Notes: generated from the letters alone by a model not told the origin. 63,676 nt of DNA, filler included, from Octopus bimaculoides (GCF_001194135.2; 5 parts of 5 records of this genome joined end to end with filler, not necessarily neighbours in it), one strand, 5' to 3'; shown: positions 35,847 to 49,115, numbered from the whole stretch's first letter. Made by a program: numbers and translations.

Positions 35847-36839
35847 GGCTTCCTTCACTTTCTGTTTACCAAATCCACTCACAAGTCTTTGGTCAGTCCA
35901 GGGCTATAATAGAAGGCGTTCACCCAAGCTGCCACACAGTGGAACTGAACCTGTATTCATGAGGTTGAGAAATATGTTACATACACACACATCATCATCA
36001 TTTTATGTCCATTTTCCATGCTGGTTTGGGTTGGATATATTAACAGAAGCTGGCAAGGCCAGGAGTCACACCAGGCTACATTGTTTCAGCATGATTTCTA
36101 CATCTGTATGCCCTTCCTAATGCCAACCACTTTACAGAGTGTACTGGATATTTTTTACATGGCACCAGCACCAATACATTTTACATGACACCAACACCAG
36201 TGCTATATACATGGCACCATCACTAACAGGGTCACCAAGTAGCATTCAAGACAAAAAAGCAAAAGCCTCTCAACTGGAAGGTGACTTAGCATTGGGGGTA
36301 GATTAGCACTGAGGTAGGGGTGGCTTTGTGCCATCTGAGAGATTAACAGTACAGAGGGATGGAAACAGGTGTCTTGCTGTAGATACATGAATACCCCAGA
36401 TGGAAAAGAAAGTTTGAGAGTAAAATAAGGAGAACAATAGTGAGAGAATTGATGGTGAAGATGTGTCAGGACATGCCCTCAAGGAACATTGAGGATAGGT
36501 GAGATAATACAGGGGTTTGGACTGGGTGAATGAGCAGGACAGAGGAGACAGTAGGAAATAATGGAGAGGCTCAAGGATAGTGACTGCAGTAGGTATGTGA
36601 GGGCATTGAGGGTGATAGAAAATGAGTGAGGTGTTAGTGATGGATGGAAAACAGTGCAGTGGGAGAAGGTGCATAAAGGGGAGTGATTGGTGGAGGCAGT
36701 AGACTGAGGGCGATAATGGGAAATGGAAGTGGTTTGGGGTGGGGAAGAAAAGTAACTGAGAAAGTCAGAGGATGTAGTATGTGCCACTCTGCTCTCAGAT
36801 GATGTAGAAGTGATCCATATTAGGGGAAAGAGGATGTAG

Positions 36840-37375
36840 ATGGGTGAGGCCAGGCCCCTCAGGAACAAGCATTACCAAGGTGGTATTAGGATATCAATTC
36901 TACTGTGGTGGGCAGGTCTTCTTAAGTACTGCAATGCAGCAGATATCTCAGTCCTTTGTCATCCCCTTTATAAGGCTCAGAATCTTGAGATCAGCCTTCA
37001 ATACTTCATTCCACGTCCTCCTGGGTTTCCCTCTTCCAAAAGTTCATTCAATTTTAACTGATTGGTATTTCTTATGCAACTGTCCTATTCTATATGCATC
37101 ACAAGACCAAACCAGCATAGTCTTCTTTATTGCACACTGCATCTATTTCTCCTTATACCTAACTTTTCTCTTAGTACACTACTGCTCTGTTACACATGTA
37201 CACGGACATTGCACATCCAGTGGAGAATACCAGCTTCATTCCTCTCTAATTTCACATATCCTCTGCATTCAGGGCCCATGTCTCACACTCATGTAGCATT
37301 GCTGTTAGTATACATTACATCATACAGCCTTCCTTTTGCTTGGAGGGAGAAACCTATGGTTGCCAACAGAGGTAA

Positions 37376-37380
<5 letters not shown>
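36840..37380 (-). mobile_element. Older RTE LINE 3' fragment
   Basis: RELLPLLATIGFSLQAKGRLYD...TAMLHECETWALNAEDM*KLERNEAGILHWMCNV. Confidence 0.8.
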
Positions 37381-37414
<34 letters not shown>

Positions 37415-38231
37415 NNNNNNNNNNNNNNNNNNNNNNNNNNNNNNNNNNNNNNNNNNNNNNNNNNNNNNNNNNNNNNNNNNNNNNNNNNNNNNNNNNNNNN
37501 NNNNNNNNNNNNNNNNNNNNNNNNNNNNNNNNNNNNNNNNNNNNNNNNNNNNNNNNNNNNNNNNNNNNNNNNNNNNNNNNNNNNNNNNNNNNNNNNNNNN
37601 NNNNNNNNNNNNNNNNNNNNNNNNNNNNNNNNNNNNNNNNNNNNNNNNNNNNNNNNNNNNNNNNNNNNNNNNNNNNNNNNNNNNNNNNNNNNNNNNNNNN
37701 NNNNNNNNNNNNNNNNNNNNNNNNNNNNNNNNNNNNNNNNNNNNNNNNNNNNNNNNNNNNNNNNNNNNNNNNNNNNNNNNNNNNNNNNNNNNNNNNNNNN
37801 NNNNNNNNNNNNNNNNNNNNNNNNNNNNNNNNNNNNNNNNNNNNNNNNNNNNNNNNNNNNNNNNNNNNNNNNNNNNNNNNNNNNNNNNNNNNNNNNNNNN
37901 NNNNNNNNNNNNNNNNNNNNNNNNNNNNNNNNNNNNNNNNNNNNNNNNNNNNNNNNNNNNNNNNNNNNNNNNNNNNNNNNNNNNNNNNNNNNNNNNNNNN
38001 NNNNNNNNNNNNNNNNNNNNNNNNNNNNNNNNNNNNNNNNNNNNNNNNNNNNNNNNNNNNNNNNNNNNNNNNNNNNNNNNNNNNNNNNNNNNNNNNNNNN
38101 NNNNNNNNNNNNNNNNNNNNNNNNNNNNNNNNNNNNNNNNNNNNNNNNNNNNNNNNNNNNNNNNNNNNNNNNNNNNNNNNNNNNNNNNNNNNNNNNNNNN
38201 NNNNNNNNNNNNNNNNNNNNNNNNNNNNNNN

Positions 38232-38600
38232 NCATGCAGCTATCCTCATCCATTCTCACCACATGTCCATACCAGCGCAATCGTCTCTCTTGCACACCAC
38301 AACTGATGCTTCTAATGTTCAGCTTTTCTCTCAAGATACTTACACTCTGACGGGTATTCACATTGACATTACACATCCAACGGAGCATACTGGCTTCATT
38401 CCTTGCGAGCTTACGTATGTCCTCAGCAGTTACAGCCCATGTTTCACTGCCATGTAGCATGGCTGTTCATACGCATGCGTCATACAGTCTGCCTTTTACT
38501 CTGAGTGAGAGTCCCTTTGTCGCCAGCAGGGGTAAGAGCTCTCTAAACTTTGCCCAGGCTATTCTTATTCTAGCAGCTACACTTTCAGTGCACCCAATGC
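38232..38600 (-). mobile_element. Younger RTE LINE RT C-terminal fragment
   Basis: AARIRIAWAKFRELLPLLATKGLSLRVKGRLYDACV*TAMLHGSETW...ERRLRWYGHVVRMDED. Confidence 0.9.
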
Positions 38601-39257
38601 AAAATAAGAGGATTAGTCAAAACAATGCAACAATTTAATCCTTATTCTTTTCAATTATTTAGAATCTTACATGAATTAATTATGTATATACAAAGAAAAG
38701 ATGTCTATAAGTATTAAGTTTTTCATATTTTAAAGGTGAATATAATATGGCTTGGAATACAGAGGTGTATTATAATGGTAACAGTAGCACATCTTTGATG
38801 CATGTTTATAAAATGAATTTCGGCTTCCTTAATCATTTCTGTTTAAGTATCATAACATGTTTGATTAAATATTTTTGAAGAAGCAAAAAAAAAACCTTTC
38901 ATAGTTGCCATTTAGCTAGATGACAGCTCCCTTGAAGATGATAGAAATCATGTTGTCATATTTATCATATGTAAAACTACAAAGTGAAAATCTATTGGGA
39001 AGAACTCTGATATCATTAATTTCCTTTGATAAAGGGATTTCATGATGAAGTGTTGTGCAACAAAACTTTTACAATATGCTTGTTAAAGCAACATACACAT
39101 ACATTCTCATATACATACATATATCAATAGATAGTTTGTATCGGAGAGAGTATGAAAGAAAGAAAGAAAGAAAAAGATACACGTCTATATAATTTTTATA
39201 TCTGTATACATAAGGAAAAAGATACATATGCACAAATACACATGCACATACACGCAC

Positions 39258-39299
<42 letters not shown>

Positions 39300-39309
39300 N
39301 NNNNNNNNN

Positions 39310-39344
<35 letters not shown>

Positions 39345-39925
39345 TATAAGACATATGATATATGACATATATACACAAGTACACACACACATACCACACA
39401 CACACATGCATATGTGCACTCACACACACACACACACATACATATACACACACATATTTCCATTCTACAGTGAAAATTATTATTATTAATGTTTTAAACA
39501 TGACATCTATATGCATTTTTATAGCTTTTTAATCAAGAATTTCAAGGCCAATTCGCTTTCGTATTTAGAATTTATGGGAACATATTTTTATTTATGGGTA
39601 AATCAAAGACAAGCTAAAACAGATAAATAAAGAACCAATTCAATTTATTGAAGATGAACTCCTCTATAACACCATTTATGATTCAGAATATAGTGTAAGA
39701 TATATAATAATAGGAGAAAGAAACTTGATTGAAATGTTTCTGTTATGTGATAATAAACCTTATTTTATAGTTTTATATTAATTCAGTTAGATGTTTACTT
39801 TACTATGTGTTATAAGGTGAACTACAAAAAATTGCATCCATTTTAGTTAACTTCTTTTAAATGCATGCATGCACACACACACACACACACACGCACACAC
39901 ACACATGCATGTGTGCACATCTCAC

Positions 39926-39954
39926 CTGATGATTGCAATGACATGAAATTCAAG
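39926..39954 (-). CDS. Possible 29-nt microexon (LNFMSLQSS-), may carry the start codon of the minus-strand gene
   Basis: Strong T-run+gcag acceptor and CAG|gtgaga donor; ends in phase 1, compatible with exon 28078; ATG at 39944-39942. Confidence 0.4.
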
Positions 39955-40199
39955 CTGCAAAAAAAAAGCTCAGTTTCAAGACACATACTCTCTAATATGC
40001 ATTTTCTCTTTTCCTTGTTTGTTTGACACAAATCACTCTTTGGACACACACACACACATACATATATATATGTAGTAGAGTATATATCCTGAAACCCAGC
40101 TGTATGAAAACAAAGGAGTGAAGACAACACAAAGAAGAGAGAAATCTCTTTAGTTTTGTTGTGGGTGAGAGAACTTCTCTAGTACTGGTGAATAAATGA

Positions 40200-41900
40200 A
40201 GACATCACAAGGGAGAGGACACTTTAGTTTTACCAAGAACAAGACAATCTCTTTAATGCTAGTGTTTTCTCAATAGATTTAGATTTTTAAATGATTTTCA
40301 TTTAGCAACTGATTTTTCTTCTGTGTTATGCTGTTATGCTACATCTCTAGAGGCAGCATTTGATAATGGATGTCTAGACAAATATGATTTGAGAAAGAAT
40401 TGCCCTACTGTGTTACAGCAAAGTCAACTATTTACCGTTACCTAAACAGTAAAAAAAGACCCTTATTGAACATGGGAAAGATGGACTAAACCCATCCAAA
40501 CTCCAAGGTATCATGAGTGAATAAAAATGGTGATGGTATATGCTATTGATGCCAACACAAAAAGGATACATATTTAAGTTTAATAATAAACTATATAATC
40601 AAGTGAAGGGTGTAACCATTGGTTGTATTACGTAGTATTACTTAGCCACCATAACTTTTCATGGTAAAGTGGGATAAAAAAAACTCAAATGATAGCTAAT
40701 AGAGAAATCTATATATTTAGTAATGTAGTTGTGTAATGTCGATGACAAACATTGTGATTATAACAACCCAACTAGATAACACCCAGGAAACAGAAAAAAT
40801 ACTATGGTAAAGATACAGCTCATAGCAATCTCCAACCACCAAAGTGACAAGATGATGTTCAATTACCCATCCACATCCCAATAAAAGACTACGAGTCCTA
40901 GGAACAGAACTATAGCTAGAAGTTATAAATCCATTCTCCAATTGCATTATATAAAATCTATGGCCAGTAAGCACCTGGTCCTCCAAAGCTTTCTATGTCA
41001 ACAAGTGTCAAAATAAAAACCATGGTAGCAGACTTAGTAAGGATGATGAGAAATGTATTTTGTATGTCTTCATCTTGAGAACTGAGAAAGTGCATACAGG
41101 ATTTCATCCACTACAGACAAATCTCTAAAGATAATCAACAAGATTGAATTAGAATATATAGAGGAGTTAAGAAAATGTTTGAACTATCGGCAATAATAAT
41201 GGAAATGGAGTGTGCTTCATGCATTGAATCAAATCCTGGAACAGATTAAAAAAGGAAAAGAAAACAGCTAAACAAAAAAACTTCTGTTTATGATACCAAT
41301 AAATTCCAATGTTCATTGATACTACACCCAAAGATAAACTAGTTCATAAATTTAGAAAAACACTACATAAAACAAAACTTAAAACTAAAGAAATAGAAAA
41401 AAACAGGCTGACCCATCAAGTCATCATTAGGTAAGTCATACTCATTTAAGACAAAATACCTCTCAACTGCAGAAGGTGAACAACCAGTCTAGAGATAAAC
41501 TGCAAAACTAGAAATGAAGTGTATCATATGAGGTGCATGAAAAGGCAATGTAGGGACACCACTGCAACCTGATTAGGAGAAACAGCATGCAATAGAGGTG
41601 ATAGACTTATAGAACACTGGTAAGAATACAATGAAATGAGATAGACAATTAAACTCTGCTATTCTATTTTTATCATTCTACTGTGTTTCCATACGAAAAC
41701 ACAATGGAATGGTAAAAAATATTGAAATAAAAATTTTGTCCAGACATCCAGAAGACCCAACATTAAGATAGATCAAGAATTATGAATACATTAAACAAAT
41801 ACAAACCCCACCAACCCTATACACATACTCAATAGAAAGAATGAATGGAATAACAGCATCCCATTAAATCACAACCCACCATCACATTAATACAAGAATA
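40200..41900 (+). mobile_element. Highly decayed Penelope-like element related to 3046-4480
   Basis: 41492-41620 reads EINCKTRNEVYHMRC...*LGETACNRGDRLIEHW, aligning with GINCKTRNVVYSIRC...IEETSRS..ELNEH; outer boundaries approximate. Confidence 0.7.
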
Positions 41901-43105
41901 TGGATACAATAAAACTGAAACTAGTAAATGCCAGTCACCACACGCACATTCTTATTTTGAAATCAACACAAGGAAGCAAATAAACAAATCAATAAATAAA
42001 TATATAAAAATTAAAACCATACCACATCAGCTCACACGCTTACCTTTGAGATGTAACATAACAGCAGAATACGTAACAAAAATCAGTCAATAAATCAAAA
42101 TCGTGTGAAACTCTAAAATCTATTGAGAAGGTAACAGAAATAGTGTGATGAGAAATTTCTTGGGGAAAGTAAAGAATCAGTAAACAGTGTGTTTATAGGC
42201 TTAGTTATATGACTCATCTAAAATACTACAATACTTGTTTTAACACATTTTCAAATCAAAATAAAATCAAAAGCAAACAAATATACGTGTGTGTGTGTGT
42301 GTGTGTAAAATTGAAGAAATTGAAGTCAAGAAGAATAAGTACGGTTGGACATTATTTATCATTCACTACACTTGTTTTGATGCAATGTAGCTTTCCTTGT
42401 TTGCATAATGAGATCTAGTTGTGCTTCCTCAGATGATATATGAGTGTTGTCTCCTTTAAAACAGATATATGCGTACATTAATGTATGTGAACACATAGTC
42501 TCCCATTCACATACATACACACGCGCTTGTGTGTGTGTGCACATATATCCCCACTTACACATACAAATGCATAAATATATACATATACATGCATATGCAG
42601 TCACACATAGATACAAATACTCATATGTACACATACAAATATATGCCTACAAACACACTCATATGGATATACATACATATACCCATGCACTCATGCATAA
42701 ATACAAACACACATACATATATATATATATNNNNNNNNNNNNNNNNNNNNNNNNNNNNNNNNNNNNNNNNNNNNTTAATTAATTAANNNNNNNNNNNNNN
42801 NNNNNNNNNNNNNNNNNNNNNNNNNNNNNNGTGTATTTCTTCTATCTTAATGAATAAAAATTCTTCTGATAGAATAAATGGGTTAATAGAAACCAATGTA
42901 GCAAAGAACACAAAATAACTGTGGTTAGCTCCTGTTTTTAAGGCAGGAACTCCTTGAAATTTTGGGTATTTGAGTATATTTAAGAGTTTAAGGATTGGAG
43001 AAAACGCATGTTATAATTGCATACTTTAATCCTACATATGTTTCAAAGGATTACAACCTCTGTGATCCATAGGGATCTTTGATATTAATATATATATATA
43101 TATAT

Positions 43106-43756
43106 TTCCGCTGCATTTTCAGCTTGAGGAAGAGATAGAAGACCGCAGGTACGAAATCTGGAGACCAGGGCGTGTGCGGATGTTATAACTTGTTTCTTTT
43201 GCCGAGACACTCACGAATGAGGAGAGCTCGGTAAAAGGGGGGCACTGTCGTCGTGAAGTAGCTAACGGTTTAAGCTCAAAAGATACGGCCACTTTCACAA
43301 AATGTCCTTCAAAATGTCGCATCAGCATTCTCGGCTGATAGTCTGACCTTGGGGAACGAATACTCGGTGCACAGTCCAGAAGATGTCCAAAAAGCTGGTG
43401 ATCGTGCTCTTCATGTAGTTGCGGCTCTGCCATGCGCTGTGCCACTCGAAACACTGCGTACGACCCATTGCTCGCCGCCGTAAGCCTGCCGAAGCATGCT
43501 CAATGTCTCTCTAGCAGATTTCCAACGTTTAACGCATAATTTTATGCTGGCTCTTTCTTCCGATTTCCTGTCCACGACAAAAATCGCAGACTAAGCGTAT
43601 ACGTAACCACAAAAGCAAAATTTCACAACTTGCGAAGCAAACACAGTGACGTCACGAGGTACACGGCCTCATGAAGGTCACTGCTACCTCTCATTGTGTA
43701 CACAACCGTTGGGGAGGTACAGAACTAGTCCAGGAACTTTTTGATACCAACTGTTT
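43106..43756 (-). mobile_element. Internally deleted mariner, same family as 34741-35812
   Basis: TIR GTATCAAAAAGTTCCTGGACT; DRKSEERASIKLCVK...MGRTQCFEWH joined to VFVPQGQTISRE and WSPDFVPAVFYLFLKLK (YSPDLAP-like motif). Confidence 0.9.
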
Positions 43757-46314
43757 ATATGGATATCAGTATATAAGCAATACATTTCTAAATTGGTTCT
43801 TCACAACCAGCGGTGTTAGTCGATATTTACATATTGCAAATAACATCTTAGCATTGAATGACCTACATATTTACGTAACTTTATACGTTTACGTACATGG
43901 TGTCAACAAATACGTTCATACCACACATCTACCTATCTATGTGTATATACGTGCTTGCGTTAAAACAGGAGATTGTAAACATGTATAATATACATCTGTA
44001 TGTATGTCTGTAAGAATGCAGGAGTGTAAATGACAATCTTGTATCAATGCATGAACTCACTTAAGCGTATGCACAAATGTATGCACGCTCCCATTATCAC
44101 GGGAAAATACCTATATCTTTGGATACATTCACACGTGTGTGAAGTTAAAAAAACAAGTTATACTACGTGTGCTTAAAAACAGTCACACACGCATTTGTAT
44201 ATATATATATGTATATATATATATGTATATATATATATGCATATANNNNNNNNNNNNNNNNNNNNNNNNNNNNNNNNNNNNNNNNNNNNNNNNNNNNNNN
44301 NNNNNNNNNNNNNNNNNNNNNNNNNNNNNNNNNNNNNNNNNNNNNTGTGTGTGTGTGTGTGTGTGTGTGTGTTTGTATATACATACGTTGCGATTGAGGA
44401 AGTGAGAGAGAGAGAACAGTAGATAAAGGACTTAAAATGAGGCTGAAAACGTATCATACGAGAAAATGCGGGTTGGATTCTTACAAAACAATATCGCATT
44501 CCTTTGGAAGACCAGTAGTGCAGGAGACATGTGTATCAGCGCGCATAACATATTCCGAAAACTAAGACTGATATATATTTGTGGAACGCACAGATGTGAC
44601 CACCTACCACACCAGTGATTGAACATAGAAATTTTGGTGGACGCAAAAGTTATGAGGTAAATCAGACTATAATAGGTCTCACGTATGAAAAAATTATATG
44701 AAAACGAGAAAAACCATAAGGCATTTTGTTGCCACTAGCGATTTTGCCGATCCAATAACGTTTAGGCTGATAACGCAATAATGAATATAGATAAGAGTCT
44801 GCCTATGTGTGTGTGTGTGTATATATACACATATATATATATGCGTGTATGTGTGTATGTATAAATATATATATATATATATATAGTATTCATATATATA
44901 TGTATTATGTATATAAAATAGAAAGAGAGAGAGGGTGAGAGAGAGGTGAGTGAGAGGCGTTCTTATACAGGACCCATTAACATATAGTAAAAAGCAATGT
45001 AACATAAACAATATTTTTTAGAGTGCAAGCAACAAAAATAAATGAAGGGAAAATTAATTATTGAACGAACAAAAGAATATATACTGCAAAATGAACTGAA
45101 GTAAGAAGCGGAAAAGAAAGGACAGACAACTCGGTATGAAGTAAAGGATATACAGTAAAAAAAATAAAACAAAAACACGTAACAAAAATATAGAACTAAG
45201 ATAAGGACATACAAACTAAATGGGAACAAAGATATATGGAAGAACAAAACTAAAATTATATACGCAACAAAAAGCAAAGTTAAGATAAAGCATTTCACCA
45301 TTGTCTTCTGCCCCACTCTTCTGGAAAAAGAGTCGGGAAATGGAGGAAAAAATTAAACCCGATAAAGTAGGAAAATTGGTAAGAGTAACCTAAATTTGCT
45401 GCAAGAAGGAGACTTTTTTTATTTCCTGGTAGCGGTATCAGTAACAAGTATTTAACATGAGGAAGAAACGATTACATATTTGTGTGGGATTACAATGATA
45501 TAAGCAGCAAAATAGTAAAACACTGGATATAATGAATACAATAAATATAAACATATTGAAACACAAGAATATATCATATATATATATATATANNNNNNNN
45601 NNNNNNNNNNNNNNNNNNNNNNNNNNNNNNNNNNNNNNNNNNNNNNNNNNNNNNNNNNNNNNNNNNNNNNNNNNNNNNNNNNNNNNNNNNNNNNNNNNNN
45701 NNNNNNNNNNNNNNNNNNNNNNNNNNNNNNNNNNNNNNNNNNNNNNNNNNNNNNNNNNNNNNNNNNNNNNNNNNNNNNNNNNNNNNNNNNNNNNNNNNNN
45801 NNNNNNNNNNNNNNNNNNNNNNNNNNNNNNNNNNNNNNNNNNNNNNNNNNNNNNNNNNNNNNNNNNNNNNNNNNNNNNATGTGTGTTTGTGCAGAAATAC
45901 GTCAAAATATTTCTAGGTACACCCCCGTTGCCACGTAAAAAGACTGCATATACAATCTCGCACACATACATACGCATGCGAAATGAAATCTACGATATGC
46001 CAAAAAATCACACGAGCATAAACAATACCCGAAAAAAAACGCACACACATAACAAAAAAAAAAACCCAAAAAAACAACCGAAACACTACCAGAATCTCTA
46101 CCGCAAGCACCCCCCCCCACACTGCCACTATCGTCACTATCACCACTATTCGCACGTAGAATGCACACTCCGACCCACGCCAGCGCAACAAAAATTAATA
46201 AATTAACAGAGAAAATCAGCCAAAGATATTATTCATATATAAACAAAAACAATACGAAATAAAATAGAATAAAATGAAATAAAATAAAACAATGCATGAC
46301 AAAACTAACAAAGA

Positions 46315-46326
46315 CAAGATGGCGGC
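46315..46326 (+). promoter_or_regulatory. YY1-type motif CAAGATGGCGGC, adjacent to a minus-strand donor GGACAT|gtgagt at 46349/46348
   Basis: Exact match to the YY1 consensus in a CpG-retaining, GC-richer patch. Confidence 0.35.
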
Positions 46327-46827
46327 TGTGTTATTTCCAGCAACTCACATGTCCACCTCTTCGCCTTCTGCTCCACGTTCTAAAGCACACCAATGCCTCC
46401 GCACCTTCCATAACACCACCGACCCACAAACTTTAGATATAATATTATATATCTATATAGTTCTTGGTGTTTTGTGATTAGATTTCATACTTCTATATTT
46501 CTGTTTTAAGTCAGTAGTTTATCGGTCTGTTACAGATAAGGAATGGTTAAAAAAATAAATAAATACCAGAGCAAAACAAAAAAACAAAAAAAAACACAAT
46601 GAAAATATAACAAAGCCTAAAAATGAATAGAAAAATTATAAATAACATACAAGAAGAACAAAGAAGAACAACATACAAACGAAAGAAAATAAACAAAAAC
46701 AACTACAGCAACAACAGCAGCTGCAGCAGCCGCAGCGGCAGCCGCAGCAGCGACATCAACGTATAAAACAATACAATAATATAAAAGAAAATGTATATAT
46801 AACACCAAAAGCAAGGTAGAAAAACAA

Positions 46828-46829
<2 letters not shown>

Positions 46830-46865
<36 letters not shown>

Positions 46866-47018
46866 GAAGTAAATAAATAACTGAATGGAACGCTGTTTGT
46901 TGCTGAGCTTTTGTTGTTGTTGTTGAAGTTGCTTCTGTTGATATCGATGATAACGATGACGATGATGACGATGATGACGATGATGATGATGACGACGACG
47001 ACAAACGACGACGACGAC

Positions 47019-47076
<58 letters not shown>

Positions 47077-47909
47077 ATGATTATGATGATGATTATGATG
47101 ATAACGACGCCGGAAAGGACGATAATGATTGTCATGGCGATTATGGTGATGGTGATGGTTGTGGAGGATACTCTTCGCCATGCGATGATGATGAGGAGGA
47201 GNNNNNNNNNNNNNNNNNNNNNNNNNNNNNNNNNNNNNNNNNNNNNNNNNNNNNNNNNNNNNNNNNNNNNNNNNNNNNNNNNNNNNNNNNNNNNNNNNNN
47301 NNNNNNNNNNNNNNNNNNNNNNNNNNNNNNNNNNNNNNNNNNNNNNNNNNNNNNNNNNNNNNNNNNNNNNNNNNNNNNNNNNNNNNNNNNNNNNNNNNNN
47401 NNNNNNNNNNNNNNNNNNNNNNNNNNNNNNNNNNNNNNNNNNNNNNNNNNNNNNNNNNNNNNNNNNNNNNNNNNNNNNNNNNNNNNNNNNNNNNNNNNNN
47501 NNNNNNNNNNNNNNNNNNNNNNNNNNNNNNNNNNNNNNNNNNNNNNNNNNNNNNNNNNNNNNNNNNNNNNNNNNNNNNNNNNNNNNNNNNNNNNNNNNNN
47601 NNNNNNNNNNNNNNNNNNNNNNNNNNNNNNNNNNNNNNNNNNNNNNNNNNNNNNNNNNNNNNNNNNNNNNNNNNNNNNNNNNNNNNNNNNNNNNNNNNNN
47701 NNNNNNNNNNNNNNNNNNNNNNNNNNNNNNNNNNNNNNNNNNNNNNNNNNNNNNNNNNNNNNNNNNNNNNNNNNNNNNNNNNNNNNNNNNNNNNNNNNNN
47801 NNNNNNNNNNNNNNNNNNNNNNNNNNNNNNNNNNNNNNNNNNNNNNNNNNNNNNNNNNNNNNNNNNNNNNNNNNNNNNNNNNNNNNNNNNNNNNNNNNNN
47901 NNATTATCA

Positions 47910-47958
<49 letters not shown>

Positions 47959-48056
47959 CATTATCATTGTCATTATTATTGTTATTATTATTATCATTAT
48001 TATTATTATTAATATTATTATTATTATTATTATTATCATTATTATTATCATTATTA

Positions 48057-48087
<31 letters not shown>

Positions 48088-48200
48088 TATTGTTATTATT
48101 ATTATTATTATTTCTGCTACTCTTGTTGTTGTTATTGTTGTTGTTGTTGGTAGTGGTGGTGGTTGTGGTGGTGGTGGTGGTGGTGGTGTCGCTGATGTTG
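46830..48200. repeat. Compound trinucleotide microsatellite field (AAT, TTG, GAT/GAC, ATT, GGT) around a 700-N gap
   Basis: Seen directly. Confidence 0.95.
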
Positions 48201-48379
48201 TTATTGGTAATTCCGCGTCTTGTCAATGTTATCAATTTCTATAGCCTGACACACACCCAAACCCACACACCATCACCACACTCCTACACCACACTACACC
48301 ACGGCACACCCCAACACCACCACTACCATCATCACCACCATTGCCCTCACCAACGCCGCCACCATCATACACACACTCA

Positions 48380-48950
48380 TACACAATCACCTCTACTAAC
48401 GTCAACCGCCTCTCCTCCCTACCCCGGCATGACCGAAAAAAAACTACTGTTTTATAATCATTACTAAGTTATCGGTTCGGTATTTAGTTGTTGTTGTTGT
48501 TGTTGTTGTTGTTTTTGCTGTTGTTCTTTCGATAGTGTCTTTTGTTATGCTTGGTGTGGCTGTTGTTGTTCGTGTTATAGCCGTTGCAATAATACGCGTC
48601 AAAATCAGCAAAGCGCTCAATATATGCGACTTCGTATCATGTTCACGCCCAGTTATGGCTGTTCGGTTTCGATACTCGCATCGCGTTAACGTGGCGTTTG
48701 AGTTTAGTCCCATTTTGCGGTACATTCGGCTAATGGTATTCTCTTCTGATGCAGCGAAACTAATCAATGCCTCGAGGGTGAATTTAGTCGAGGGAGACAA
48801 TGCCGAAGCTTTACATATATGTTCAGAATGGGCCATAATTCACGCAAAAATTAACTTCAATGCGATCCGGATCTGTCAAAGATATACTTCAATTTGTCTG
48901 AAATTCAATAAAATAGATAAAGTAATGATGAATACAAAAGAAATAAAATA
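48380..48950. promoter_or_regulatory. CpG-rich non-repetitive island, possible promoter/5' end
   Basis: High CpG density relative to 1-42 kb; no recognisable TE or protein similarity. Confidence 0.25.
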
Positions 48951-48984
48951 GGACGATAAAGTTAATACTAAGAGAAATGATAAT

Positions 48985-49115
48985 AATCATTTCTACTATA
49001 GGCACAGTGCCTGAAATTTGTGGGGAGGGGGTAAGTCGACCACATCGACCCCAGTACCGACTGGTAGTTAATTCATTGACCCGGATAGGATGAAAGTTGA
49101 AGCCACCCTCAGCGG
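48985..49115 (-). mobile_element. SINE family D fragment
   Basis: gtcgaccacatcgaccccagtac...ttgacccggatagg; related copies at ~20245-20520, 52805-52985, 57800-57965 (-) and 58455-58640 (+). Confidence 0.75.

Noticed and set aside
37062-38460. 300-440 aa ORFs spanning N runs (also at 31, 47, 59 and 61 kb)
   Set aside because: Lengths are inflated by Ns translated as X.
45300-45330. 22-nt minus-strand microexon candidate ending ATG|gtgaaa
   Set aside because: Weak donor, and if its ATG were the start the frame would not join the downstream exons.
48444-48951. 130- and 138-aa ORFs in the CpG-rich patch
   Set aside because: No recognisable domain, no clear splice context, partly microsatellite-derived.
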